Of a stretch of 64,000 bases of DNA, positions 12,686 through 25,943 are shown piece by piece (the stretch's first letter is position 1; each line of letters starts with the position of its first letter). Source of the stretch: Geosiphon pyriformis uo1 (Eukaryota > Fungi > Glomeromycota); contig JAAOMT010000760.1 of assembly GCA_016748015.1 (NCBI GenBank), positions 167,609 through 231,608 of the forward strand. Reading direction: 5' to 3'. Both the position numbers and the translations under genes were made by a program. Below the pieces are notes generated by a model that saw only the letters and a program-made list of their open reading frames with translations, ran no database searches and was not told the origin of the DNA.

Positions 12686-15600
12686 CTATACACCTATATG
12701 CACAGAAACTGGATCTCCAATACTTGAAAAAAATGGACAGAACTTATAAAACCTGAAACTAACTCCGAAAGCCTCAGCCACCCCCAGCAATCTGACCACA
12801 CCAGCCAAAAACACCATAGGCAAACCAGAAACTGAAGCAGGAGCGGAGCCATCATGTGAAATCAAACCGTGTCTTTCTATAAACGCTTGATGTCTGGCCT
12901 GAACCAACCAAACATCATCCCGAAATGCTAGACAAAACTCACGCACAAAGCTCACAATCCTCCTAACACCCTCCTTAGAATCTTTAAAGACCAAAACAGA
13001 CTCACAAAACCATTCATCAAAAACAAAGCCCTTACACAGAGCAACACCAACTCCAATCTCAGAAACACAAGAAGCCAAGGCCTATAAGACACATGAAGAA
13101 GAGTGAGAAAGACCAGAAAGAGCCTCCCAAGCTGAAGCATGTGCACCCAACAAACGAGCATGGCCAACGGCATCCTGAGGACACAAAAAGACATGATTCG
13201 AGGTCTCAACATTACCACAAAACAGACAGACCACACTGGGGTATCTCCTATCATATAAACGCTTGTGCACAGCAACAGGAAGCTGATGATGGAGAGCCTT
13301 CATAAAGTGAGTACGACAGCCTGCCGTGTGCATGCTGGTAAAACTGGATGCCAAGTGAAAATCAGGGTGCTACACCATAGAAGACTTAGACCAATTGATA
13401 TCAGCACGTAAACTATCATCCACAACACAAGAACCAACTCCAATCTCCTAACGAGCTTGATGAACTGACTGGAAAACATTACAAACAAAGTGTCTAGAGT
13501 TACCAGAAATTGCCGTACCACCAGCACATAGAAAACGTTCACTGACTAAATGAGGTAGGCGCCAAGCAGAGAGAGCAGCACCTTTGGCAAGTGTATCAGC
13601 ATGCTCATTGCCTAAGACACTTGAATGACCTTTCACCTTAACCCAATTCACATCCAAATTCTTTTGATGAATGATGGTGGCAATGTGACGACGCTCAATC
13701 CAACAGTGGTTCCTGAAATCCGGATGAACCAGCAAAGACTCCGACCTACATGCATTCAAAGCAGCCTGGCTATCCGAGAACAAGTCAATTGAACGAGAAA
13801 AAAGAACACACTCAAGGGCCAAAGCTATGGCTTGTAGTTCTGTCAGAGTAGAAGAAACCAAACCAGACACCCCAACACTCAAACCCAAATTAATGTCCTT
13901 AAAAAAAACAGCAGTACCTGCTCTCATGTCAATAGTGCCCAGACCAGAAAGAGATCCATCCGTATACACAGAAAGGCAGGCAGCATCAATGGTTGGCAAA
14001 GTGTCATAAATCACACCAAAATCATGAGAAAGACGAATATCAGACACAGCATGACCATCCACCAAAGAAGAACTTGAGGAGAGAGGCACAATGCTACCAA
14101 GAAAGCGAATGGAAAGATTAAACCAGAAAGGGACTGGGCCACAAGGGTCCAGTCTCTTCCAATGCTTGAAGGTCCCCCAACTGAAAACATCCCTATTATG
14201 GTCACAAAGCTGTTCCACGAAAGCAATTCCATAACACCTGAGTGAAGAAATGCACTTGAAAAAACAGGATTCACCAAGAACCAAAGACATAAGAGTACCG
14301 TACTGATGACGAAAAGCACAAGCTAGAGGGCTTTCCAAAGACAAATCACACCCAGAAAAAATGTGAACCACACCCACCAAAAAATTATCCGAGGGACTGA
14401 TAACAACACAAGCCGGAAACAGCAAGGGATGACGAGGATGCCAGCTGAGAACCTGGAGGTCATGAGACCTATGAGAAAACAAGTGACCCAAGACACCAGT
14501 AGAATTTGCAAAAGCAACAACGGAGGCCGATTTACTCTCAGCCTGGATCTGTTCGAAAGTTTTTAAATTGTACAAAGAGGGGTGATGAAATGCATCACTG
14601 GAGAAATCACGTGGCAATCCAGACTTGGACTTTAAGACCTTGCATACCAAAGCATCCTATTTATTACAAATACCAACAGAAACGAAACTGAATTGAGTCC
14701 TGTAGCTAATGATAGAGAAAAGAACTGCAGACACCAAATATGCACACTGTTTGTCCAAAATTGCCTTTCTCAAAACAAGATTCACAAAAAACCATACATC
14801 AGCCTGAGCTTTAGCCAAGCTAGGCTTCGAAAGACTCTCAGAAGACAAAAAAATACCCAAATAGTGATGAGATTCCCCTCTCTTGGCAATGGAAATAGGT
14901 GCACCACTGATAGTTAAATGAGGATCCAGCACCCGGCAATTAATGGGGATGGCCACTGTTTTGTCATTGTTAACAAAAATATTTTTAAACCTAAAAAACT
15001 CACTAGCAACATCAAGGATGCATTGTGTAGCAGCCTGGCTGCTACCAACCCAAATAGTATCATCGACAAAAGCGCCGGCAGCAAGAAACAAAGACAGCCC
15101 AGCTTGAGGATCCACCCAGCCAGTTCTTGATATGAAATGAGAATTCAACCTGTAGTCATACACACTATCCTGTCTCTTGACCTTGCACAAAAGTGAATCA
15201 TAAAAAATATGCCAGAGAAAAGGCGAGAAGACTTCTCCCTGATCCAGCTCATTGTAGACACAATACCCATCAGTCAAGCCAAAGTCAGTCATCACTTTAT
15301 TGACGTGACCATTGTGAATACTGCCAAAAAATCTAATAAATCTGTCACATATTTTGATCCTGACTAGACTCTTCTTAAGATGTTCTCAACCAACCGAGTC
15401 ATAAGCCTTGCGCATGTCCTGTAAAACCAGCCAAAGTTCACGGTTCTTCTCCAAGACATCCTCAACCACAGAACCAATAGCAAAAATAGGAGATTGCATC
15501 GTCGTACCCTTCAAAACCGAAAAATTATTCCCACAAAGAACATCAAAAGTGCTGCAAGCCAGAGAGATCCTATCTGAAAGGATCTTAGAGAGAATCTTGC

Positions 15601-17372
15601 GGGCCATTTCAATTAAAGCTATAAGACGGGTGTTTGTGAAAACACCTTCCTATTTATATGGTTTAGGAATTATTGAAACCCAAGCTTCTTTCCAAGGCCC
15701 AGAGACTGACTCGCCAACCAAACAGAAATTCAAGAGCACCAAAAGCATATTCAAAACAAATTTGTCACAATGTTTCCATAATTCATTGAAGATACCAGAA
15801 AGACCAGCTGCTTTTCCATCAGGAAGATCCTTAACAACAGCTGACAATTCATCAAAACTAATCGAACACATGACATCAGAAAAAGCACCATCGAACACAT
15901 AATCCAGAGGCCAATATTAACGAGCCCAATCCTCAGACAAGTTAGACACCATCTCACGTTTTCTGGTCCATCCCTCTATAATTTTGTCCACCTTAGACTT
16001 AACCAAAACAGGCTCTAAAATCAACTCATTATCTACAACCAAATGATCCAGGACCATCTTGTGAAAAAGATGCTCCAAAACACTCCTAATGGTGTGACTC
16101 TTGTTCAGCTCAAAACTTTCCATCTTCTTACCAATAGCCTGCTTGATCGAGGATTCCTCAGCGCACTTGGATTTCACTAATTTGAAGGAGCAGTATGATT
16201 TTCTTGCTTTGGCCAGCGCAGAACAAATAAGATTAAAATTAGAACCTGAAAGAAACAGAGACTTAACCACTGATGCACCAGGAGAGTCGAGTCTGTGCCA
16301 CACCTCCAACAAAGAAGCAAAACCATCACTAGAAGCCTAACGCAAAGCCTTGACCAACTTAGAAACCAGCAGCTCCAGTTTGTGAAACCTAGAAGAGGTC
16401 TTGGTAAACACGCCATCAAAACCTTTGAACCATTTTTTCTTAAATGTACCACCTGCTAAAAGAACCATAATCTTGCGAACAATGTCCCACATAGCGTCCA
16501 AATCTGAAAATCTTACTGCCACACCAAAAGCATCCGAGAACATAGAGACATTAGCAGCTGAGGCATCCCTGAACTCCAACCACTTAGCTTCATTGGCATT
16601 TTTAACATCAAACTTCCAATGGTCTTTATTCGCTTGCTTGCAAAGAGAATTCAAACACGTATTCAAGAGCCCGCCCAAACCCAAATCCACTGAAACAGCT
16701 TGATGGTCTGTGTCAAAATGCTTACTGACATTCAAAACTTTATGATACACTATTGCATTGACAAGACTTGAGGAGACAAACATGTAATCAATTGTTTTTT
16801 TAACACCCCTAAAATTTTTCCAAGTGGACATTTTTGCAGCCGAGCTACCAACTAAAGAATTAACTAAACCCAAATCAAAGCATCTTTTGAAACTTGCACT
16901 TTTATGAGAGCCGTTTTCATTAAAATCGCCACTGAGAATGATGAAAGAAGATTCGTTGACAGTCTTCACAATGAGAGAATTGATTTCATTAGCCTGAGAA
17001 AACCAAATCACCGAAGAAGCACCAGCATAAAGCCCCAAAATTGACACAGAAAGTTTGCTCTTGAAAAGTAATTTAATGGAAAAGAGCCGACCAGGCACCT
17101 CAGAAACCTTGCACACATGATGAGCCAGAAATGTCTATGATAACAGCAACACCTGCACCCAAGTGACCGGAGTTCAAACCAGAAGAGAACACTCGGACAC
17201 CATCAAACTTGTTTGCAATCCATGGACGAACCCTACTTTTTAATTTCATTTCAGTAACAATAGAAACCAAATTGTTCATTTCCTTATGCCACCTAATAAT
17301 GTCCTCTTGCTTAGTGGGAATGTTCATGCTCCTGATGTTGCACATAGCAACTTTCCAGACTAAACTGCTCAT
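12686..17372 (-). pseudogene. LINE-C ORF2 (APE-RT-RNase H-CCHC)
   Basis: GDFN, TIDY, TDH; LQDMRKAYDSV, QGEVFSP, AFVDD; YTDGS..ELQAI..DSQAAL..KVKGHSSVLGNEHADTLA; CLFCGNVETSNHVFLC. Confidence 0.95.
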
Positions 17373-19162
17373 TGAGTGAGGGGTAGAGACACCGAAAGCA
17401 CACCTATACTATTCACTTTGGCCGAAAGGCCCAGAACCATCTCCATTAGACACTTCATGCTGTCTTCCAGCTTAGACACCGAAGACATATCAAAAGACAC
17501 TGCTCCTGCGACATTCCCACCACTAGTGGACACATCTGAACCCTCACTCATCACTACATCTGCCCCTTGATCCTGTGATGAAGGAGTCACCAATGGCTGA
17601 CATCCAGGGCTAGGCTGGGGAACCGTTGGCCCGAGTGCATCCAATCTCTTAGCCAGCTTACCAACTTGCTCCGCAAGGCTGGTGAGACTGCACTCAAGAG
17701 CGGCGAACCTATTGTTGACTTCTATCACAACCGGTTGGGATGGCTTCATCTCCGAAGAGGAACCATTATTCACCACAATGTTTTGACCAGAAAGGGGGGG
17801 CGAAAAAGATCCGCGAGCAACCTCTGCTTAAGAGAGACCACCAAAAGAGACCGGATGGGCAACTGGAGCCAAGCGTTTGGCATAGATGGTTGCTAGCCTG
17901 CTTTTATTTGTATCTGAGAAAACTCTACACAGCAAACTACCAAAAAATAATTTCCCACCAACTGCACAACCCAATGACGTGTGACCCAATTTCTCACACT
18001 TGGCGCATTTAGCAGAAATGAGGCGAGACCAGTGAAGATTGGTGTTCCTGAGTACTGGCGTGGTTCCCACAGCAGCATCCAATGATTCAGCAGAGTCGAA
18101 ACAAACAACAACACACCTGGCCTGAGCATACGTAACTGAATAACGATCAATGACACACGTTTTCCCACTCACAGATCTAACAAAGTCCCAGATATCATGA
18201 GCGTTGGTCCCCATCAGCAATGTGTATAGCAGTGCCTTATGTTGGTCCCTTACATCCCATGCTTTCTTGTCTGAATCAGCCCTAGCCACATGCACAGCAT
18301 CTTTCCCGATTAAGATGGACCACTCAGCTGCGACCAAATCAGCCTGATCCAATTGTTCGAATTCTACCATCGCCTTCTGCCACAGCCCGATTAACTGCAT
18401 CTTAATTGCCTTAATAACTCCAAACTCGGATAGTGCAGTGCGCACAGCCTCAGCCGATGTTCCAATTGGAATTTTTTTCACGACCACAGCCTGATCTGAT
18501 CGCCCAGATGATCTCTTAAGATCGGTGTTTACCATAATATTCGCACCAGTAGCCTTTTCAGTGGCCTTTATTAGACCCGATTCGGAAGTGAATGTCACTC
18601 TGATGATCCCTGAGAATTTTGAGGGGGTAGATGCCCCCCCAAAACCATTAATTCCAGAAAATAATTTTCTCACCACCACAAGCTTTTCCTGAGAAGATTT
18701 GCCGGCCACTTTATCCAAGCCAATATTCAATGCAAATGACTTCCTGACTGGAATGTTGACCAAATTTTTCATAGAAGGAGGGAGCTCAAGAGGAGCATCC
18801 GAGAGAACACCATCATCACTACCATCTTTTGAGAAGTCAATCTTTCCCAACGGCTTGCCCAATGTCTTTTTGGTTCTAACCTTCGAACTCATGGGCATCC
18901 AATCATAATTTCCACCAGCCAGAGCTCCACCTTCATCATAATCAAAGCTGGTTTTCTCTACCAGACACTCCTCTTCCATATTGACACTTTCAGACTCAGT
19001 AGTGTTCCCAGTCTCTGAACCCCATGAACAAACACCAGGAACTCCAGCAGCAACCTCTCCATTATCAACACCCTCTGCCAACGCACTTCTCTTCCTCTTC
19101 TTCTTTGATGCAACTGCCTTAAAACCACTCTCAGAACCAGAAACTTTAGCAGTTTTTTTCAT
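17369..19162 (-). pseudogene. LINE-C ORF1
   Basis: 444-aa ORF 17828-19162 with two RRM-like segments and CAKCEKLGHTSLGC (CX2CX4HX4C); continues in 17369-17776. Confidence 0.9.
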
Positions 19163-19499
19163 AACAGCAATAACGGAGCCAACAGTAGCCTCGTAATCGA
19201 AGAATAGTTTTGATTTATCGTACTGAATAGTAAAAAACTTCTTTCAAAAAAACTTTTGACTCTTTTTTTGGGAATTTTGAACGAAGGAAAGAAAGAAGTT
19301 TTTTTTTTTGTATTTATTATTATACCAATAATATTATAATTATTAATAAATATTACATATTTAAAACTTTTATAAAAATTAGTTGTTTTTTATTTAGACA
19401 ATATTAATATTTATTCATTTATTTTAAAACTTATTTTTACTATTTGTAAAAATTAAAATTTAATATTAAAAAAATTATTTAACAAAAAAAATTTAATAT

Positions 19500-21726
19500 T
19501 TTTATTTATTTATTAAAGTTTAATAAATATGGTCTAACTATTACTTAGTACTTTAGAAAAAACTAAGTTTCAAACTAAATAAAGTTTATGTGTTTTCTAT
19601 ATATAACTAGCTACTTAAGTCAGTTTAAATTATACTATGCTGTTATTTTATAAGAAAACTTGTCCAAAGTAGATATTTTTTGAACAATATCAAACAAAAT
19701 AAGACTATTAAAAAACCAATTTAATAAACCATTCAGCTGTTTTCATAAAACAGAATTTAACTTTAAAAGATTTAAATTCTTAGACTGCCATTAACTCATT
19801 AAATACTTTATCACTTATTTTAACTAGAATTTTAGAAACATCAGACATATCAATATTTTTTATGTTATACTCTGTTTTTAATACTACTATTTTTTTTCAG
19901 CTTATTAACAAATTTGCTAAAAGCACCCAAATACATTATAAGCTTATTGATCTTGTTTTTAAGCTTGTTGCTTAACACAAAATTACCCTTAACAAATTGT
20001 TTAAAAGTAGTTACCAATGCACCAATAAACTTAATAATAAATTCAACCAAAGTTAACAACTTGGCCAAATTAGATACCAACTAAAACAGAATCAAAAAAT
20101 TATTTTTAACTTCAGAAAAAAAAATAAAAGTCACTAATAAAAAGAAATCAGAATAGCCCAAAGGAACAAACAATTTAACATAAAACAAACATCTTAAAAG
20201 TTTTAAAAAAAAGAAGTAAAAAAATCATATAATCTACAGCCAAATAGTCTATTTTTTAACATCTGAAACAGCATCAACAACTGGAAGTTTTTTATTAAAT
20301 ATAACATTTTTTCAGTATACTAGTCTTAATAATAGCAGCATCCAAATTGACTGGAATCCAAACATAACCAAAACAAACCAGAAATAATAACCAAAATTAA
20401 AAGAGCAAAAGATAAAACAAAATCTAACCACCAACTTAAAAGATCATATTACTGATTTTAAACATAATACAACCAAAAAAAAAGTTAACCAACTTGGTTT
20501 TAAACTTATTATAAAACAAAATAGTTTCATTTTAATTTACCAAAAAGAAAATTCTAACACTATTTTTACTCACCAAAACTGACCAATAATTTAAAACAGA
20601 TACAATAGAGTTCAGTTTTTTAAAATAAACAACTATATATTGCCAAATACCAGCAGACTTTAGCACAACATGAGTAACTTTATTAAACACATTAAAAGCT
20701 GTCTTAATATTAGCAGTAAATACACCCAAAGACACATTATATAGCACAACAATAGCAGAAAAAAACCAGACTTAAAAATTATTAAAGACTTGGCAATTTT
20801 AAGAGTAGTTAAATAAACAGAACTTGTAAGCTCCACCAAAAAAGCAGCTTTTAAAAACTTTTAAAAAGCAAATTTTATACAAAAAAGTTTCACATTGTTT
20901 TTTAACACTAATTTTACATCTAAAAAACCATGTACAAACTGAAAAACAGCTTTAATATGAGTCAATTTGATCTTAAAATTAGCATTAAGCACCAGAATAG
21001 AAACCATCTACTTAGCAAACTTTTAACAACTAAAAATAGTTTTTTAAGTATCATTAATAGTAGCATCAGAAACTAGCAAAAAAAATAATTTAGTTTCTAT
21101 TTGGTCAGCCCAATTTTCAAGAACAAATAATACTATAGAAGATAGTTGTTTTGTTTTTAAAATTAATAATAATCTACTAAAAGACATCATATTTGGCAAT
21201 ACAATTAGATCTTGGCCTATTTTAAATAATGTAACAGAAATTTTATCTAAAATTTTATTAGAAACCACAAAAAAGTTCAGTATAATAATAGCAGAAATAA
21301 GCAACTGCCCTTACTTTTCTAAACTTTTGGTTTTTTTAACTATTTTTTGAAAAAAAAATGCTAATAACACTTAATATAGAAGTTATAAAAAAGAAAACCA
21401 GTTTGTTAACCAGTTTGTTATTAAAAATTTTTAGGCTCTTTAAAAGAATAAAGGCAATATTGAAACTAATTTAAATATGTCTTTTTGAGGAAATTTTGAT
21501 TAATAAAAACTAGTTAAAAATAAAAAAAATGATTTAGTAGCTATCAAATACAGTTTTTTATAATTATTAGATAAAAAAAGACTTCTAAAACGTTTTGCCT
21601 AGTTGCTTTTATAATAGAGAAAGTTTTTTTGATTGAAATTTTATTAAATATTTCAAGAAAGATATTATGTACAGCTTTTTTACTTTTTGCTCTAATTATG
21701 GTCATAAAATTAAGAAAAAAAAGAAT
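19500..21726 (-). mobile_element. ORF1-only retroposon copy E1 (decayed)
   Basis: ATG at 21705 (MTIIRAKSKKA), ENWADQIET, AGIWQYIVVYF; stop 19635-19637 followed directly by a decayed LINE-type 3' tail. Collinear with 34201-36482; no ORF2. Confidence 0.85.
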
Positions 21727-22725
21727 TATATTGTTTTTTTATATTTTTTAACTATATTATTAATTAAAATAAAATTAAATCAGATTTTATAAAATTAAAA
21801 AAGTATAAAACTTTTTATTATTTTAAAATATACCAAATTAAAAAAATTTTAAGATTAGTTTCTTATTATTAAAAATTTATTAATAATTACATTAAAAATA
21901 AGATATAATTAATTATTTACAAATATATTTTGTAAATAACTTAAATACAAAAAATTTGTAAAAATTTAATATTAAAAAAATTTTTTTATTTTTTTATTAT
22001 TTATAAACAAATTAACTTATATAAATTATTAACCAAAATCTTTGTTTTTTTAAAATTATTTATTTATAAAATACTAAAATACAATTTATTTAATTAATAT
22101 AAAAAATTCACAATATTATCCAATTTATTTTTTTAATAAAAATTAATAAATAAATAAAATAAGTAATAAAATATTTATATTTTTTTTTACTTAAAAAAAC
22201 AAATTATAGTTAATTTAAATAATTTTAAAAATATATAATATAAATAAATTTTTTATTACAAATTATTAAGTAGTTTTTGTTAATATTAAATTAAAAAGTT
22301 TTATTAAATACTATTTATAAAAAAACCAACAAAAAATTACCAAAAATACAAAGTGTATAATATAATTAAATGAAATTTAATTAAAATATTTTTAAATTAT
22401 ATTTTAAATATTGTAAATAGTTTTAATATTGTAAAAAATATTAATAATTTAAATAAAATATAAATTATTTTTTGCAAAGTTATAATATTTTTTATTAATA
22501 AAATTTTGTTAAAAATTTGATTTAATAATTTTAATATTATAAAAAATATTAAGTTTTTTTATTTTTTAACTTAAAGTTTTTGATTTTTAAAATTCTAAAA
22601 ACTTATAAGTTAAAAAACTTTGTTAAATTTTATGTATTATTAAAAAAATAACTATAATTAAATTTAATCAAAATTATTAAATTTAAATATTAATATTAGT
22701 ATTTTTGTTTTAAAATAATTTTTGA

Positions 22726-23960
22726 ACTCTTTTTTTTTCTTATTTTTATAATTGTAATTAGAATTAAGAATAAAAAAGAATCTTTTGTTATTAAAGCAAT
22801 TAAATAAAATATCTTGACAATATTTTTTTTAAATATTAATAGTAAAAAACTGTTTTTAATGATTTTTAAAGCATTTTTTATTTTTAATTAATGGTTTTTT
22901 TCTAGTCAATGTTTTTTTTCAAAAAACATATTTGGATCAATTTTGGTATTGTTTTTATTTTTTTTAAGAGCCTTAAAATTTTTAATAATAAGCTAGTTAA
23001 CAAATTGGTTTTTTTTGTTTTTATTATTAATACTATCATTATTTTTTTGTAAATGATTAAAAATATTAAAGATTTCAAAAAACTGTAGCAGTTATTTGGA
23101 TTTGTTATTGTTATATCAAACTTTTTTGTAATTTTAAATAAAATTTTGAATAAGATTTTTCTAAAAACAGTTAGTTTTTTTTCTTAATATAAATAACAAT
23201 AACAATAATATATCTTTTAAAATAAGCCAAAATTAACTATTAATTGTGTTATTAAATATGATTTTTTTTAACAAATCATTGCCAATTCTAAAAGCAAAAC
23301 ATCTATTAAGTTATTTAATTTTAAGAATTAAATTAATCAAATAGAAATCAAATCAATTTTTTTTTCTTTTTTAATACTGTTTTTAGTAATATTTAAAAAA
23401 CAATTTTTAGTTGTCAAAAATTTTTTGTATAATTGTCTTTATTTTGATATCTAATACTACTTTCAAAATTAAATTGGTCTTGGTTAATTTTTTTGTTTTA
23501 TTTGTTGTTTGGCTTTATTAAATTCAAATTAATTTTTAAAAATAACATTAAGTTGTTTTGTATGAAATTTGTTTTTGAAAATTTTTTGGTTGTTATTGTT
23601 AAAATTTTTATTAATGGTTTTTTTTGATTACATTTAAGATTACAAAATTTTTTGTAGTGTTTTCTGGCTTTTTTTTTATTTTTGTTGTATTTTATAATAT
23701 TTTTCTTAGTGTTTTTAGTGTTTTTAATTTAGTTAAATTAAAATTTGCTGGCTTGTAACAATATACTGTTGTTATTTTTAAAAACTCTTTTTTTACTGCT
23801 ATTGTTTTTAATAATTAGTCTGTGTTAATTAAAAAAGATAGTATTTAGATCTTTTTTTCTAATTAAAGAAAAATTATTGTTTTATATAATATATTTTCAA
23901 AATCAAATTAATAAACTTTTTTTTCGATCATACTGCTTTTGAAATTAGTAATATGATCTA
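22726..23960 (+). mobile_element. Heavily decayed ORF1-only relic
   Basis: ACTCTTT 5' motif, then sequence alignable by eye to the E ORF1 up to EISNMI. Confidence 0.6.
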
Positions 23961-23988
23961 AAAAATTTGGAAAATACAACTAAAAAAA

Positions 23989-24785
23989 ACTCTTTGTATT
24001 TTTAATTTTATAATTACAACCAGAACAAAAAATAAAAAAACTGTAACTAATATCTCCTCTTTGGTATCTTACAAAGTTTTAAACAAAAAAGTTTTTTCTG
24101 TTATAAAAGCAACTAAACAAAACGTTTTAAAAGCTTTTTCTTAGCTAATAATAGTAAAAAGCTGGTTTTAATAACTGTTAAAACATTTTTTTTATTTTTG
24201 GCTGGTTTTTTACCAGTTAAAGTTCTAGTGTTGTTTTTATCTTATTCAAAAGCCCAAAAGTTTTTAATAATAAACTAGTTAACAAGCTGGTTTTTTTTTA
24301 TAGTTTCTATATTTGGTGTTTTTAATATTATTTTTTTAAATAAAATAATTAAAAAAACCAAAAATTCAAAAAAATAAAAACAGTTATTCATCTTTGCTAT
24401 TGTTACACCGAATCTTTTTGTAGTTCCAAATAAGATCTTATATAAGATTTCTATTATATTATTTAGTAGTCTATCCAAGATAGACCAAGGTTAATTATTG
24501 GTTATATTACAAAATGTAATTTTTTTTGACAAATAATTACTGGTTTTAGAAACAAAACAGCAGTCTTTTGTTGAATTATTTGTTCTTGGAAATTGGGCTG
24601 ATTAATAAAAACTGATTCAATTTTTTTTTGGTTTTTACTGCTGTTACTGGTAGTATTTGAAAAATTATTACTAATTATTAAAAGTTTGCTAAGTAAATAA
24701 TCTTTATTTTGGTGTCTAGTATTATTTTTAAGATTAAATTAGCTTATGTTAAGACTGTTTTTTAGTCTGTACATGGTTTTTTGGT
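23989..24785 (+). mobile_element. ORF1-only relic, 5' third, cut at an LTR relic
   Basis: ACTCTTTG start; ATKQNVL, KSPKVFNNKLVNKL, GNWAD, KIKLAYVKTVF*SVHGF match copy E. Confidence 0.75.
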
Positions 24786-25252
24786 TTCAAATAGTAATAA
24801 TTAAAAAAAAATTGGGTTTTTAAAGTAAATTTTATTAAATTAATTTGTAATATTTAATTGTTTATTTTTTATTAAAATTCCTAGAAAATTTTTTTTTTAA
24901 AGAAAAAAGTTTTTTTATATATAATTTATTGTAATATTATTTTATGATTTCATATTTATTTTTTTGCTAATTTTTAACAAATTAAAAATACATTTTGATA
25001 AACTATAAATTATTTTGGTAAATATTTTGACAAATTTTTAAATGTTATATAGTTTAAAATATTATATAATCTAATTATTGCAATTAATTGTATTTGTATA
25101 TTATACAAACTAAATTATTAATTAAATAGTAATATTTGATAATTTAATAAAATAACAAGTAATAATTAAAAACTATAATATATATTAATTAATAATAAAA
25201 ATTATAAAAATAATTTTATGTTAATTATTAGTTTAAATTTTTATTAATAATA
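24783..25252 (-). mobile_element. Decayed 5' half of an LTR of the 62128-63077 family
   Basis: Reverse complement aligns with 40444-40900 and 62128-62620; starts TATTATTAATAA versus TGTTACCAGTAG. Confidence 0.6.
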
Positions 25253-25943
25253 TAATTTTTTTTAAAATTAAGATTTATTAAAATTTAAATACTATCTGTA
25301 ATTTTCAAATAATAATTTAAAATTATTGAAAAAATTTGGTCTAAAAATTGTTGAAATTTTAATTTTATAAATTTTTAATATATTGAATTTTTAAAATTGT
25401 AATATTGGATTTTATGATATATTTTTACAAATATAAAATAGGTTATAAAGTTTAAAAACTGTTTTAATTTTGTAATAAATGTTTATTGATTTAGTTGTTG
25501 TCTTAAATTTGTTGTGTATTTGTTTTTGAATAGTTTTTGATATAAATTTTGTTGTTTTAAGTTTCAGTTTTTTTTTGTAAAATAGTTTTTTAATATAAAA
25601 ATATTTATAAATTAGAATATATACATTGTTTTGTTTATTAAAGTACTGTTAAAGTTTTTGTTAAATTGTAATATTTGAAAAAATATTAATAGAATAAACA
25701 GAAAATTTTTTTTTAAAGCTTGTTTTAAAAGTTTTAATAGACAGTATTTTACATTTTTAATATTTATACTATATATAATAAACACAAATATATTGAAACA
25801 TTGTCTAATGGTTATGTTTATTATTTGTTCAAATATTAAATTATTATTAGTATTATTTATGTAAAAAAACAGAATAATAATAATAATAATAATATAAATA
25901 GCCAGGAATTTCAGAAATTTTATATTATTAAAATTTATATATA

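Larger units (their letters stand above)
12544..19299 (-). mobile_element. LINE-C, full-length ~6.75-kb non-LTR retrotransposon
   Basis: ORF1 and ORF2, conserved 3' tail 12572-12685, A-rich tail. TSD TTTTTTGTATTT at 12532-12543 and 19304-19315. 5' UTR shares TTTTGAAAGAAGTTTTT with LINE-B. Confidence 0.95.

Noticed and set aside
12686-17372. Prokaryotic RT system (retron, DGR, group II intron)
   Set aside because: The RT is fused to APE endonuclease and RNase H, with ORF1, A-tail and TSD: a eukaryotic LINE.
15-19196. Many short plus-strand ORFs
   Set aside because: Antisense shadows of the minus-strand LINE ORFs; no independent motifs.
1-19299. Tandem segmental duplication of one LINE
   Set aside because: Different ORF1 termini and different TSDs indicate independent insertions.
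1-21726. HeT-A/TART-like telomere-maintaining array
   Set aside because: Elements have TSDs and spacers, no telomeric repeats are present, and family relics occur in both orientations next to genes.
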